Shown piece after piece: positions 25,385 to 37,735 of a stretch of DNA of 64,000 nt. Origin of the DNA: the human T2T-CHM13v2.0 reference genome, Homo sapiens; NCBI RefSeq assembly GCF_009914755.1, contig NC_060932.1, one strand, 5' to 3'. The translations under genes and the position numbers were made by a program. Under the pieces are notes generated by a model. It had not been told where the DNA came from. It saw only the letters and a program-made list of their open reading frames with translations, and did no database searches. Each line of letters begins with the position of its first letter. Position 1 is the stretch's first letter.

Positions 25385-26184
25385 CTGGACTCTCACCATG
25401 CGGAAGAATGTCGGGTAACCATCAGTGCCTGCTCTTCTCTTGGAGTGAGCTCTCTCTTTCTCCCCGGCTGTTTCAGGAGCCTGCGGGGATTTCTTCTGGC
25501 TCGGCTGTCGAGGTAATTCTGTGTCCCCTAGATGGAGCCGTCGACCTGATTTGCAGAGCAGAACGGCCAGGGAGTGTCTCTGGGCCGTGTCCTCAGACTG
25601 CAAACCCCAACACAGACAGGCAGGAGAGCCCCCAGCCCCAGCACCTGCCTGGCTGGGGAAAGCCAGCAACCCCAGTGAGTCCCTCACACCTGAGTGATGC
25701 CTTGTCCGGCTTTCCCAGGGAGGCTGCTCACCCCCTGGCTGTGGAGAGTGGAAGCAGGGACATTCTTGGGGCACAGCCTTGTTTTGGATTGAGCTGTTCC
25801 CAAGATCATGATCCATGAGGGAGAAAATCAACAACGTGCCTAGTACAGAAAGCAGATCTGTGGGGCTTCCTTAGGGGTTTCAGGAAAAACATGTTAGACG
25901 CAGAGGTGGCTTAGGATTTAACATCTGACCTTGAATCTGTCAGATCACTTGTTATCTTGTAAACGTGAGCCCTCAAAGGAAGCCGTAGGCCTGCAGTCGT
26001 GTTCTGCCTGAGATGTGTGTGGAAAATGGTGGTGAGAAGAGCCGTGAAGCGTAGCCCAGGAAAGCACCGCCGGTATTGAGTGATGCATTCAGCATGTGAG
26101 GTCACAGACCAGGTCCCCAGGAGCCAGTGGCCAGGGAAGGCCTCCACCCTGGGAGCTCCATCCTCTGGGAAGTCCTGGGGGCTT

Positions 26185-26902
26185 GGATGTAGGTGGTGGA
26201 TGTGGGTGTTGGATGTCGGTGGTGGGTGTGGGTGGTGGATGTGGGTGGTGGATGTGGGTGGTGGATGTAGGTGGTGGATGTGGGTGATGGATGTGGGTGG
26301 TGGGTGTGGGTGGTGGGTGTGGGTGGTGGGTGTGGGTGGTGGGTGTGGGTGATGGATGTGGGTGGTGGGTGTGGGTGGTGGGTGTGGGTGGTGGATGTGG
26401 GTGGTGGATATGGCTGGTAGGTGGTGGATGTGGGTGGTGGATGTGGGTGATGGATGTGGGTGGTGGGTGTGGGTGGTGGGTGTGGGTGGTGGATGTGGGT
26501 GGTGGATGTGGCTGGCAGGTGGTGGATGTGGGTGGTGGATGTGGGAGGTGGATGTAGGTGGTGGATATGGGTGGTGGAAGTGGGTGGTAGATGTGGCTGG
26601 CAGGTTGTGGGTGTGGGTGGTGGACGTGGGTGGTGGGTGTGGGTGGTGGGTGTTGGTGGTGGATGCGGGTGGTGGGTGTGGGTGGTGGGTGTGGGTGGTG
26701 GATGTGGGTGGTGGGTGTGGGTGGTGGGTGTGGGTGGTGGGTGTGGGTGATGGATGTGGGTGGTGGGTGTGGGTGGTGGGTGTGGGTGGTGGACGTGGCT
26801 GGCAGGTGGTGGACGTAGGTGGTGGATATAGGTGGTGGATGTGGGTGGTGGATGTGGCTCACGGGTGGTGGATGTAGGTGGTGGCTGGTAGGTGGTGGAT
26901 GT
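26185..26902. repeat. G-rich 13-bp minisatellite (GTGGGTGGTGGRT)n, ~55 copies
   Basis: Near-continuous GGTGGTGGATGTG / GGTGGTGGGTGTG units; almost no C on the + strand. Confidence 0.96.
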
Positions 26903-27916
26903 GTCTACCCTGGGGCTTCTCTGTGGAAAGCTCCCCCTGGCCTTCGTAGGACAAAGGATTCTTCAGGAAGCAGTAGGTGGCTGAGAGACCCCTGTGACAG
27001 TGTTGGTGAGTGATAACGAAAACTAGGAGGACTGCAGTGGGGAAGGGGGATGAAGGGGGAACATGAGCTGTGCTGCCTTTTCAGGGAGGGCTTGGTCAGT
27101 CATGTGGATTTGGACCAGGTGTGAAGGGAAGGAAGTGTTCTGGCCTGTTAGGTTGTCAAATAGTAATAATGCCCAGGTTTCTGTGCATGGGGTAAGTTAA
27201 TCACCTGTGTTTTGGGCTCTCAGGGGTGGGCAATGCCTCTTTGGCTGCTGTTAGAAGGACACAGTAAGGCAGTGAAGCAATCAAGAAGCAAGCGTGCCTC
27301 GCTGCTGGGCTCCAGGAAGGCAGGTGTGGAGAGACGGGCAGTGAGATCTCAGCTGGGGTGCAGTTGCTTTGATGCTTTCTGGGTTAGAGACTTTGCATCA
27401 CCTCTGAAGCCCCCAGGACTTCCCAAAGGACGGAGCACAAACGTGACACTTCTCACAGCAGTGACTGCCCTGCCACGCCACGCTGTGTTTTATGGCTCAC
27501 CGGTCCCACTCCTGCTGGATGTGAAGCTCAGGATGGTGAGATACTACCACAGTCCTCCTTGTAACCCACCCCCTTACAGCCTGGCACAGACTAGGGGCCC
27601 AATAAAGCCCTGTTGAGAGGAAATGGTGGTCATAAAACCCAAAATACGGCAAGTTGTCACTTAGTGTTATCCCAGATAAATGGAATATGTAAGAAAATGA
27701 AAAGATGGGGGTTCATGATTGCAAACTCTCCCTGGGCAAAACTCAGCCGTCTGTGAATTTGTTGTGTTGCCTTGGCAAAGCCCTGTCCTGTACACAGAGC
27801 CTCCATCTCTCCTCCACCTGCCCAGGTGGCTGCACAGGCTGGAGGGCCACAGACAGCTGGGTGAGTTGGTCTCACTGCACCTGCGTGACCACCAGGCTTA
27901 AACGCAGTCCTAGCGC

Positions 27917-27985
27917 TGAAATCTGTGCCATAGGACATTTGCTTTGCCAGTTTGGGATCAGGAGTGTCAAAGTGTGCATGTGACC
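27917..27985 (+). repeat. Dispersed 69-bp direct repeat, copy 1
   Basis: 64/69 identical to 29675-29743. Confidence 0.92.
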
Positions 27986-28059
27986 TGGCAGGACACGACG
28001 TCTCTCTAGGCCTCCAGACAGTTGTTTCTCCCGCATGTATCCCAGGGTCTCCTCTCCCA

Positions 28060-28400
28060 TCCTTTCTCAGTAGATGACTTCGATTCCCATTGCACTAAAA
28101 GACTAGAAGCTATCGGAGGAAAGTTTCTGCTGAGCTACTCCTTGCCACATTTCAGCTCCCTGTGTCTGTGCCTGTGGCTGCTCCATACCCCCTCGCTATG
28201 GAAGAGCTACCCCAGATCTTACCTCGGGTCACCTCTCGACCTGCAGAACGGACCCACCCACGTGCTTCCTCAGGGTCAAAACCCCAATAATTCTTCCCTC
28301 TTGTTCTGAATATTCAAACCTTCCCTGTTGACCACATGATCCCCATCACCCCATGGTGAGGCCAGCATTCCCTCCATCTTTCAGAGGAATATGCTTACCT
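28060..28400 (+). mobile_element. Probable L2 fragment
   Basis: CTCAGTAGATGACTTCGATTCCCATTGCACTAAAAGACTAGAAGCTATCGG resembles the L2 consensus; very diverged. Confidence 0.45.
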
Positions 28401-28559
28401 TCAGCTACAGACTTAAAAGGTCCTTGTCATTTCCTCATAAGCACACATGATAAGTGAGCAGAGAGAACCTCCTGCCTATTTCTTTCTTCTTTCCGGAGAC
28501 AGCTCAGCTGAATGCCCGGTCCATTCCCTGAACCACAGAGGTTGAACGCAGAAACCCTG

Positions 28560-28762
28560 GTCTAGACTTCCCTGCAATGTCCAGTCTGCTGCCTAAGGGC
28601 TGTTTGGCTTTTGGCAATTCACCAAAATTCTCTGCATCTTAGCTTCCCTGTTTATGAAAGCGGACAGCGGTAGTATCCACCTAATAGTTTGGTTGTCAGC
28701 ATTAAATGAGTGAGTGTATATAAAGCACTTCACACACACAGTGCCCAGCGTATACTCAACAC
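28560..28762 (+). mobile_element. MIR SINE
   Basis: CTTAGCTTCCCTGTTTATGAAA...GTTGTCAGCATTAAATGAG...ATATAAAGCACTT...CAGTGCCCAGC is the MIR core and 3' part. Confidence 0.7.
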
Positions 28763-28779
28763 CCCTTACTTTTAAATGT

Positions 28780-29130
28780 TTTCATTTTTTAAAGTTGATA
28801 AATACAAATTGTATATGTCTATGGTATACAACCTGTTGTTTTGAAAGACGTAAACACTGCGGAGAGACTAAATTGAGCTAATTAACGTATGCATTACTCA
28901 CACACTATCATTTTCTTGGATGAAACCCTTAAAATCTGCCCTCTTAGCAGTTTTCCACTATGCAGTGCCTGGTGGACTGCAGTCTCCATGCTGGGCATCA
29001 GTCTCTTGACTTACTCCTCCCGTCTCATTGGCATTTTGTGTCCTTTGACCTCCCCAACCGCGCCCCCACCCAGGTCCTGGTAACCACCCTTCTATTCGCT
29101 GCTTCTGTGAGTTCTCTTGTTTAGGTGTCC
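28780..29130 (-). mobile_element. L1MA-type LINE-1 3' end fragment
   Basis: AATTGTATATGTCTATGGTATACAAC...TTGAGCTAATTAACGTATGCATTACTCAC...CTTAAAATCTGCCCTCTTAGCAGTTTTC. Confidence 0.75.
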
Positions 29131-29149
29131 TTTTTTAGGGACAGGTGTG

Positions 29150-29240
29150 TGTGTGTTGTCTGTTTTGTTCACTTTTGGATGGGGACACCCAGAAGAGTTC
29201 CTGGCACATAGTAAGTGCTCAGCAAACATTGGCAGTAAGC
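29150..29240 (+). mobile_element. L2 3' terminus
   Basis: GTCTGTTTTGTTCAC...CCTGGCACATAGTAAGTGCTCAGCAAACATT. Confidence 0.7.
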
Positions 29241-29674
29241 AGGAATGTGCATTTCTAGGTGACTCGCCATAGGACGGCGCCCCCTGGTTGCTCAGATGTC
29301 TGCACAAGGTTGGAATGTTGACTCCCAGACCTGCCGTTTGTAATCAAGTTTAACGGGGCTTGGGTCCCAGTAATTTCAAAGTGAAGGGGGCAAGAGGTAA
29401 AGCCTTTGGGTTTTAATTAGTGAGAGGGGGAAAGTGAGAGAATGCTAGGAATGTGCAATTCAATTTTGTCGAAGATTTTTCTATTGAGTCACGGAAAGCA
29501 GCCCAGCAATATAAAAGCTGCCCAGTTACCAGTAAATTAGTGGTAAATAGAATAAAGTCAGGCAGTTATTAGCAGAAACCATATTTCTGAAGGCTAATGT
29601 GGGTTTAATCACTTTTATTTTCCTACTGCCTTCATTTTTGTTCTGCCTTGAATGCAATCTGTAATTTGGCATAA

Positions 29675-29743
29675 TGAAATCCATGCCATAGGACATTTGC
29701 TCTGCCAGTTTGGGATCAAGAATGTCAAAGTGTGCATGTGACC
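29675..29743 (+). repeat. Dispersed 69-bp direct repeat, copy 2
   Basis: 64/69 identical to 27917-27985. Confidence 0.92.
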
Positions 29744-30389
29744 GAGGGCCATGCTTCACTTTACCTCTAGTTTGGAGGTTGTTTTTATTTTGCTTGTACT
29801 TCATGATCTAAATTCCCCCTCCCATTTCCCCGGCTGCCGTGCATATATGACTTTGCAGGGGTGGATGTGTACATGAATGGGACTGGCTGATTCAAACCTT
29901 TTCTGCTGGAATAAAAAGAGATATTAAAGAGAGACATTAAAGGGGACCTAAGTAAGAATCCACATTGCATGTGGGCGTGTTTGAGGCTTTTTCACCTAAT
30001 ATCTGTGTTTCCTTCATCCCCATAACCCAGATGCTGTTGGAGATGTGTTAGTACATGTTGAAAAGGGGGATAAGTGAATTGACTCTCTCCTTAGCATCAG
30101 TGTCTTGCATATGTAGCTGCTTTACAAATATGAAGTTGTTTTACAAATGCAAATATAGTATGATCTCTCTTCAGCTCTTGATTAACAGAGATGCTTGTGG
30201 AATGAGGAATTTGTGATTTATTAAATTTTCTGCTGAATTTGAATTTCACCACAACCCCCCTTTTTTTTTTCTGCCTAGCCATCTGGGGTCAAGGCCTCAC
30301 CCATTGTCAGTGCTTGGTAAATGCACGCCAGGTTTGAAAGGACTGAAATGCATCCTTTTTTTGTTGTTTTATTAAAATAATAGGTTTTT

Positions 30390-30705
30390 TTTTAATAATA
30401 CAGCTTTATTGAGACATAATTCACATACCATAAAATTTACTCATTTCTAGTAAACATTCAGTGGTTTTAATATATTCACAGAGTTGTGCAGCCATCACCA
30501 CTATCTAATTGCAGAATATTTCTTATCCCCATAAGAAACCCCTAACTGGTTGGCAGTCACTGCCCATCATCTCCTTCCCCAGACCCTGGAAAACACCAGC
30601 AGACTTTCTCTTTCTATAGGGAGCCTGCTTTCAGCATTTCATATGAAAGGAAACATACAATATGCAACCTTTGCGGTCTGGTTTCTTTCACTTAGCAAGG
30701 TTGTC
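30390..30705 (-). mobile_element. L1MB-type LINE-1 3' end fragment
   Basis: CAGCTTTATTGAGACATAATTCACATACCATAAAATTTACTCATTT...ATATTCACAGAGTTGTGCAGCCATCACCACTATCTAATT. Confidence 0.82.
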
Positions 30706-30728
30706 AAGCTTCTATATTTTATGATATA

Positions 30729-30892
30729 CAGGTTGAGTATCTCTTATCCCAAAGTTTTGGGAAACGAAGTCTTTCGGATTTTGGAATTTTTTTTGGATTT
30801 TGGAATATTTGCATTACACTTACCAGTTAATGATCCCATATTTTAAAATCCAAAATGCTCCAGTGAGCATTTCCTTTGAGCATTATGTTGGC
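30729..30892 (+). mobile_element. Tigger4/MER46 (Zombi)-like DNA transposon fragment
   Basis: TA followed by CAGGTTGAGTATCTCTTATCC...TTCGGATTTTGG...AAAATCCAAAATGCTCCAGTGAGCATTTCCTTTGAGCAT. Confidence 0.78.
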
Positions 30893-30924
30893 AAAATAAT
30901 ATACTTTTCCCAGTGAGTCTCCTC

Positions 30925-31289
30925 ACATCTTAGTGCACTCAGACTGCTGCCACAGAATAGCCTGGATCGAGTGTCTTATAAACAACAGTATTTATTTCCC
31001 AAGGTTCTGGGGTATGGAAGGCCAAGATCAAGACACTGGCAGGGTCAGTGTCCAGCGACAGCCACTTCCTGGTCCCTAGATGGCCTCCCACTGTGTCCCA
31101 CTGTGTCCCACAGAAGGCCAAGGCGGGTCTCTGTGGCCTTTTTTTTTAAGGACTCTACTCTCATTCATGAGGGATCAGCCTTCATGCCCTAATCACCTTC
31201 CAAAGGCCCCACCTCCTAACACCATCACCTTGGAGGTTCGGTTTCATCATATGGATTTTGAGGGGACAGAAACATTCAATCTATCGCAG
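30925..31289 (-). mobile_element. MaLR solo LTR (MLT1A0/MSTD-like)
   Basis: TTATAAACAACAGTATTTATTTC...CTAATCACCTTCCAAAGGCCCCACCTCCTAACACCATCACCTTGG...AAACATTCAATCTATCGCA. Confidence 0.87.
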
Positions 31290-31479
31290 CATCCTTGTTA
31301 AAAATTAATATTAATGTTTATTTTGTGGCTCTCAGTTTTATTCCGTTGATCTATATGTCTAGCCTAGGTACAGAGTTGTAACTCAGTCTTTCTTTTATGT
31401 TTGAAAACCTTAGACCGTTAAGGCCTGCAAGGGTGCGGACACTGTGGTATTTGACCCGACTGTGTGTAGCTCAAGTTTT

Positions 31480-31795
31480 GGACCAACCTGCCTGAGTCCG
31501 AATTTCCGCTGGAAAGTATTTGACCTTGTGAGAGTTGTTCAACTCCCTAAGCCTCAGATTTTTAATCTACAGAATACAAACGAACTGGATAGAACTGGCC
31601 TGCAGTGTGAGACATCTATGAAGAGCACGTAGATCGCTCAGAACTGTGCCCGGCGCGTGTTCTCATTCCAGCCTCAGTCCTGTGAGGCTGTCGTCTCCAT
31701 TTTACAAAGGACACCCCAAGGCTCACAGACATGCAGGAAGTAAATCAAGGTGAAATGTGAATCTAGTTCCATCTGACTTCAAAGCCGTTGCTACT
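31480..31795. mobile_element. MIR fragments
   Basis: CTCCCTAAGCCTCAGATTTTTAATCTACAGAAT and CTCCATTTTACAAAGG...AAGGCTCACAGA (apparently opposite orientations). Confidence 0.5.
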
Positions 31796-32628
31796 TCAGT
31801 TATTAGGGCCTCTCCTGGTCTCAGTAAGTGCTGATTCTAAAACCTGCCACCGGGTGTTCACAGGTAGCGACGGCATCGTCTGTGCGTCTGTGCTCAGTGA
31901 ATCTCTGGAAGGTGTGGGGTGGGCCCTGCTATACTCCGCAAGGCCCCTGCTGTGCAAGACAATGTCCCGTCTCTTCTGCTTGAAATGATGTTTAACTAGC
32001 AAAGTACAATGGTGAATACTTGGTGTGTTTCCTTGGGCCAAATAATTTGAATAAGCTGGGCTCAAACCACATGCCTTGATGTGGGTGCTGTGATGTTGTT
32101 TGAATGAGAAGAAGATGCCGCCCGAGGCCCTAGACCTGGAACTGGGGCTGCGGTGGGCCTAGCCTGTCCCCACATCTGCCGCCGAAGCTGCAGTCTTGGG
32201 ACAGCCACCCTCTCCTGTGTGCCTTTCTTCTCTGTAAAATGAGTAGCCGGGATTGCATATTCTCCTGGTACACTCTGACTTTAAAATTCAGTGTGCCTAT
32301 AAATATGACTAAGTGATTTCACAACTATATTTAAAACTGCATGAACAGACTCACGGGTAGAAAAACAGCAGTGATTTGACTGAGCCACACCAGCTTTCGG
32401 TTTTCCAGGAAGCATGATAATTTGTAGAGTTTTCAGAATGACATTGATAAGAGATTGACAAAGTTATGTGTCTGTCATTGACCAGTTACTTCCCGTTTAG
32501 CCTGCATTCCTGCAAAATACATGGGAGGGGAAGCATCTTGTGGCGGGCACTGTCAATAATGTTTAGACGACGACTGGTGTCTCTGAGCCTCGATTCCACG
32601 AGACTTCATCCTCATTGTCTCTCGAGTT

Positions 32629-32709
32629 ACGGGGGAAAATGTGTAATGAAATGGCAAGTTTTATGCAAACGGGGGAAATGTATAATAAAATGGCGAGTTT
32701 TATGCAAAT
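32629..32709. repeat. Tandem duplication, ~40 bp x 2
   Basis: ACGGGGGAAA(A)TGTRTAATRAAATGGCRAGTTTTATGCAAA twice. Confidence 0.88.
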
Positions 32710-33069
32710 ATCAATGTTAGGATGGAGGCCTGTTCTACTTCTATAATTTTAACGTCTTCGAAGACACAGACACCTTCTTCCCGTGACTTGCTCAGAGGCT
32801 TCCCCAACCAGTGCCACCTGGGTAGGAACATTTGGTCAGCGGCCACTGTTGGAATGTTTCTTTCTAAACACCCTGCTTAACGTCACACGGGAATACAATT
32901 TACCCTTTTATCCTTTATTTGTAAAAATTTATTGTGCTTTCCTTGCAATAGATAAATATTGTTTATGTTATAAAAGGTAGGGCGTATACAAAAAGAAAAT
33001 ATTCAGTTATTCCATATTCCTCCACTCTGAAATAACCACTATTGACAGTGTGCTGGATTTACTTTCAGG

Positions 33070-33562
33070 ACACACACAAGCAGAGACATCCTTCCATGAA
33101 TACAGACCCATGCATGCGTGGATACAGACACAGGCACATATGAATGGAGGCACAGACATACATGAACAGAGACACACAGACGGTGCATAGACACAGGCAC
33201 ATGCACACATGAGTGCAGGCAGTAACAGGTGTGCATACGTGTACACATATGCATAGGCAGTCACATGTGTGGATATGTGCACACACATTTACAGTCACAC
33301 ACAAGTACATATGTGTACACACATGTGCAGGCAGGCAGACACATGCATATGTACACACGTGGATATATGCACACACATGCTGTCACACACATGTGCCTAC
33401 GTGTATGCACATGCACAGGCAGGCACATGCATATGTACACACATGCGGATATGTGTACACACATGCTGTCACACACATGTACATACGTGTACACACATGC
33501 ACAGGCAGTCACACACATACATATGTGTTCACGGATATGCAGGCAGTCACAGCCACGTGTGC
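33070..33562. repeat. Low-complexity (CA/CATG/CATA)n tract
   Basis: Degenerate ACACACATGC/ATATGTACAC repeats. Confidence 0.85.
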
Positions 33563-33642
33563 CTATAGTTTCAGAGCAGAAACTTTGTATGCCTACAGTT
33601 TTAACCAGCTTTTAAATATTCATTATAAATTGTAAATACCTA

Positions 33643-34001
33643 CAGTCCCCGATTTAACCATGGTTTGACACACAATTTTTTGACTTTAGGATGGTTCAAA
33701 CATGATACAGGTTTCCTGAATGCCATACGAGTGCCCCTCTGCTTCTGTTTTTCACTTTCAGGATAGTACTCAATGTTGCATGAGATATATATCCAACACT
33801 TTAGTATAAAACAGGCCTTGTGCGAGGTGGCTTTTGCCCACTGTAAGCTGATGCGTGTGTTCTGTGCACATTCACGCTGGGCAAAGCTGAGCTGTGATGT
33901 TATGTGGATTAGGTGTATTAAATGCATTTTTGACTTACGGCATTTTCAGCTCATGATGGGTTTATTAGGAAGTAACCCCATTATAAGCCAAGGAGCGCCT
34001 G
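33643..34001 (-). mobile_element. MER47A (Tigger5-derived MITE), near full length
   Basis: GTCCCCGATTTAACCATGGTTTGAC...TTAGGTGTATTAAATGCATTTTTGACTTACG...GATGGGTTTATTAGGAAGTAACCCCATTATAAGCCAAGGAGCGCCTG matches reverse MER47A. Confidence 0.85.
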
Positions 34002-34348
34002 TCCCTGAATGCAGGAACTTGGTGTTCTTAGACTACAGGAATAGCTAATTGCATCCCATGTACATGGGATAATTCTTCCAACCCAGTCTCCTCATCTTGA
34101 CATTTAAGTAGCTTCCATTTCATTACACACGTAACACATTTTAAAGTATCTTCTCCTTAAACTGCCTGGCTGTTTTCTCAGGAACTAGTTTGAAGGGCAG
34201 ATTCTCAGAAACCTTGAGTCAGGAGGTCTGTGGAGGGATGAAAAGGACCTGAATTTTTTACGTGCTTCCCCATAGATTTCCATGCAGCAGTGTGTGATGA
34301 GCTTGTGTGACCTATGGGCCTTAGATCGAGAGAGGCTGTCACGTGCCC

Positions 34349-34558
34349 GGTCATTTCGTGGGTGGGGGGTCATTTTGTGGTGGGGTCATTTCGTGGGTGG
34401 GGGTCATTTTGTGGTGGGTCATTTCGTGGGTGGGAGTCATTTTGTGGTGGGTCATTTCGTGGGTGGGGGTCATTTTGTGGTGGGTCATTTCGTGGGTGGG
34501 GGTCATTTTGTGGTGGGGTCTTTTTGTGGGCAGGGGGTCATTTTGTGGTGGGGTCATT
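34349..34558. repeat. ~33-bp dimeric G-rich minisatellite (~6 copies)
   Basis: GGTCATTTCGTGGGTGGG alternating with GGTCATTTTGTGGTG. Confidence 0.93.
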
Positions 34559-34804
34559 CCATGATGGCCCTGGATGGGACAGGGCACAAGGGGAGCAGCT
34601 TCTTCCTGGGCAACATTGTCAGCACCACCTCGAAGCACAACTGCATGAGTTGACTTTATCCCAGAAATTTTCTTTTCTCCAGAGGCCTCATTGAAGGGAA
34701 CCCAGGCTCTCTGGATGGAGCATTTTTCAGCAGCACTCACCTGGGAGGGGCACCGGGCTGTGTTGTCTCAGATCCAGCTGCATCTTCTCTCCATACAAGA
34801 TCGT

Positions 34805-34880
34805 TTTACCCTCAGATGCAGAATGATCCAATACCGTCAGCTGTTTACCCTCAGATGCAAAATGATCCAATACCGTCAGC
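34805..34880. repeat. Tandem duplication, 39 bp x 2
   Basis: TTTACCCTCAGATGCARAATGATCCAATACCGTCAGC twice. Confidence 0.92.
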
Positions 34881-36639
34881 ACGTGGGGAGTGTGCTGTCA
34901 CTTCTGAAGTGAAGGCACAGACTATATTGATGTTAATACCACTCAGCATAAAGATGACATACGCAGAGTATTTTGTCAAAAAGACACAACAGAGAATTTA
35001 CACATGCACAAATAGAAATAGACTTGCTACTATGTAATTTTATCTAATAGAGCATTTTCTGGGGTCTTAAATGGACTGATTTTGGGATCCAGAGTAAAGT
35101 CACGTCTGGTCCACATCACAGTTTAGACTCACGGAAGCTGCTTCTTCTCATGCAGATCCCGCCACGCTCAGCACAGTGGCTGTATGAGGCTGGGGGGCTT
35201 CACCTCTGTCTCATGCCTGCTCAGTCACCTGCTGAGTCTCCTGCCTGGGCCCCTCAGGGCTTAGCTCTACTCCTCTCTAAGTGGAGAAGTCGACTGGGAG
35301 TCTGCTACGGGTTTTTTCCTTTCAATTTCAACATGCCATGGATTCATGAGAGCAAATGAGCTTAAATGCACCATCTATAAGCCTATTAATTTTTGAATTT
35401 GCACACCAGAGGAGTGCCACCTGCCCACATTCTACCCACAATGGGATGCCCCACAAGGATGCAGAGGGAGAAACCAGGCTCAACACGCCTGCCGCCAGCA
35501 CGCGCCTGCCAACTGCACACTGACGTTGTTCTCCTGTGCCTGGTGTTGCAGCCCCAGAGTGCCTATTGTGGGCACTGAACTCCCGTGTCATGAGGTGGGC
35601 CTGGGCCCGGCCGCCCTTCCTGGGCCTGCCTCTGACCACCCCTTCCCCCCATTCTCATGCATGTAGACAGTTCATACATAGCCCAGGGGGTTTTACCTCA
35701 TTCAGCTGTTTCTTCCTCCTTTCTACAAACTCTGAGGACATACTTTACATGCAAAACCATGCCAAATGCCATGGGGTATTTAAAGCTCAGTAGCCTGTAA
35801 TCCCTGACTCAAAGGCAGTAAAAAGGAAATAATTTTTGCAGGTAGTTTTAACACATGGCATCACAGCATACACTAGGAATGGGGAAATTTTGCTGTAAGG
35901 CGTGGAAAAGGCAGTGGGGAGAGGAGGGAGTATCATCTTTGGAGGAGTTACTATATTCCAGGCATTGTGTAGGAGGAATCCTTTGACGGGGACTCACAGG
36001 CAGGGTCCCTGGAAGAGGTGGCATTTAGCTTTGGCCTCGAAAGATGGCTGGGGGATCATTAGCTTCTGTAGGAACAAACCCCATAGATGTTGCATTGGCC
36101 TAGTAGGGGGGCAGTTTGTTTTTTCTGGTTGGCCTGGTCATCAGAATAACTCATCTGGGTAATACAGGGAGGGGTTTTCTAGGGGCTCGGTTACACACAC
36201 TGGACTTGTTTTTAACATATAAGAGAGGCTGGGAGCATTTCTGAAAAATGGCCTATAGAAACACAGGGCAATGACAACCTGTAAGGAGGATAGAACTGGC
36301 TGCAATCCATACCTGTAATATTCAAACTCATTATTAATCTTCCCCCAAATGTCTATATAGAGAACCAGGTGATATCCAGGTTAAGCAAATATTCAAGAGA
36401 AATGTAAATGTGACCTTCCTTAATTAACAAATTTGCTAACATTTCTCATCACTGCGGAGTTGCTGTAGGATGTTCAGCTGCCCCTTGAATTTACATGTGG
36501 AGTAACAAACAAGGAAGCATATGTAATGTGCTTTGCCGTTTGCAATTTCGCAATGGAAAAGAGGTGCTGTACGTTTTGCTTTGTAATTTTGGGTTATTTA
36601 AAAGAAATCAAAATAGAAGCGCGGATGTGGTGGAGTCGC

Positions 36640-36795
36640 ATCCATCAGATTCGGAACCTTCTCTCTCCTGGTGACTGGCCAGTCTATTTGGGCAAATTAT
36701 TTAATGCTATCAGACCTCAGCCTTCTAATTTGTAAAATGCCTTCTTCATAAGATGGTTATAAAGTTTGGGGGAACATAGAATGAAGTGCTTCCTA
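36640..36795 (+). mobile_element. MIR SINE
   Basis: TTGGGCAAATTATTTAATGCTATCAGACCTCAGCCTTCTAATTTGTAAAATG is the MIR core. Confidence 0.6.
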
Positions 36796-37607
36796 CACAG
36801 GCAGTACAAGTGATGAGTTCATACCCTTGGAAGGGAAGGAGCTTGTGCAAGCTTGATCTCCACAGAGAAGGAACCAGAAGGACCAGGTGTGTCCCAGTCA
36901 GCTCCGTCATCCCAGTCAGTTCGCAGTCTCCGAGGCCAGGGGTTTTGAAACCTGGGAAGTGAAATGTGTGCATGCAGCTGAAGAAGAGACAGACGCGTGA
37001 GTGATGAAGACTGACACAGAAACACACCAAGCAGAGGCCCGATAACTGCGAGGAATTCCGTGGATGTGTACCGTGTTTGGAGACGGGATAATTCCTGGAT
37101 TTAATTGCAAAGGACCCAGTCTTTCTGCCTGACATATTGGGTGCTAGCAGAATGTTGCCATAACAACCAAGCAAGTAACTGTGGCAGGTTAGCAAGCAGC
37201 CAAAAATCATTATAATATTTAAGAACCAAAACTTTAATATTTTATTTTCATTACCGTCACTGGTTTTCCTTCCTAGCAGAATGGATTCCTGTGCTAGTTA
37301 TGGTAACCTTTTCTGCAGTGCTTTTAGAGCAAGTACTGTTGAGTTTATATTTTCCAAAAGATTAAAAATGATCCCTTTGATGAATTTCACTTTTATTTGG
37401 GTCTTTTTGTGTAAAGAAATCTGTGGTTAGCAGTACAACAAATGTGTTACACCGGCTTCCTTTTCCCGGTCAGATTCAGCCTTCCGCTGCTGGGTGCTGT
37501 TCATCATCATGAGTGCTGAAATGGGAGCCTCTGAGCCTGTGTGCGGCACCCGGCGTTTCTGGGAAGCTTCCTATAGATTTTTCCTCTCCTGGTTTGAGTA
37601 CAGGCAT

Positions 37608-37735
37608 GAATGCACGCACACATGTACACGCACGCACACACAGATCCACACGCATGCGCACACACATGTATGCACATGTACACACACGTACACACACGCA
37701 CACACACGGACACACACGCACACACACACACCATC
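37608..37735. repeat. Imperfect (CA)n/(CACG)n simple repeat
   Basis: Alternating purine-pyrimidine tract. Confidence 0.9.

Noticed and set aside
26080-26877. His/Pro-rich and Gly/Trp/Val-rich ORFs
   Set aside because: Translation of a low-complexity G-rich repeat.
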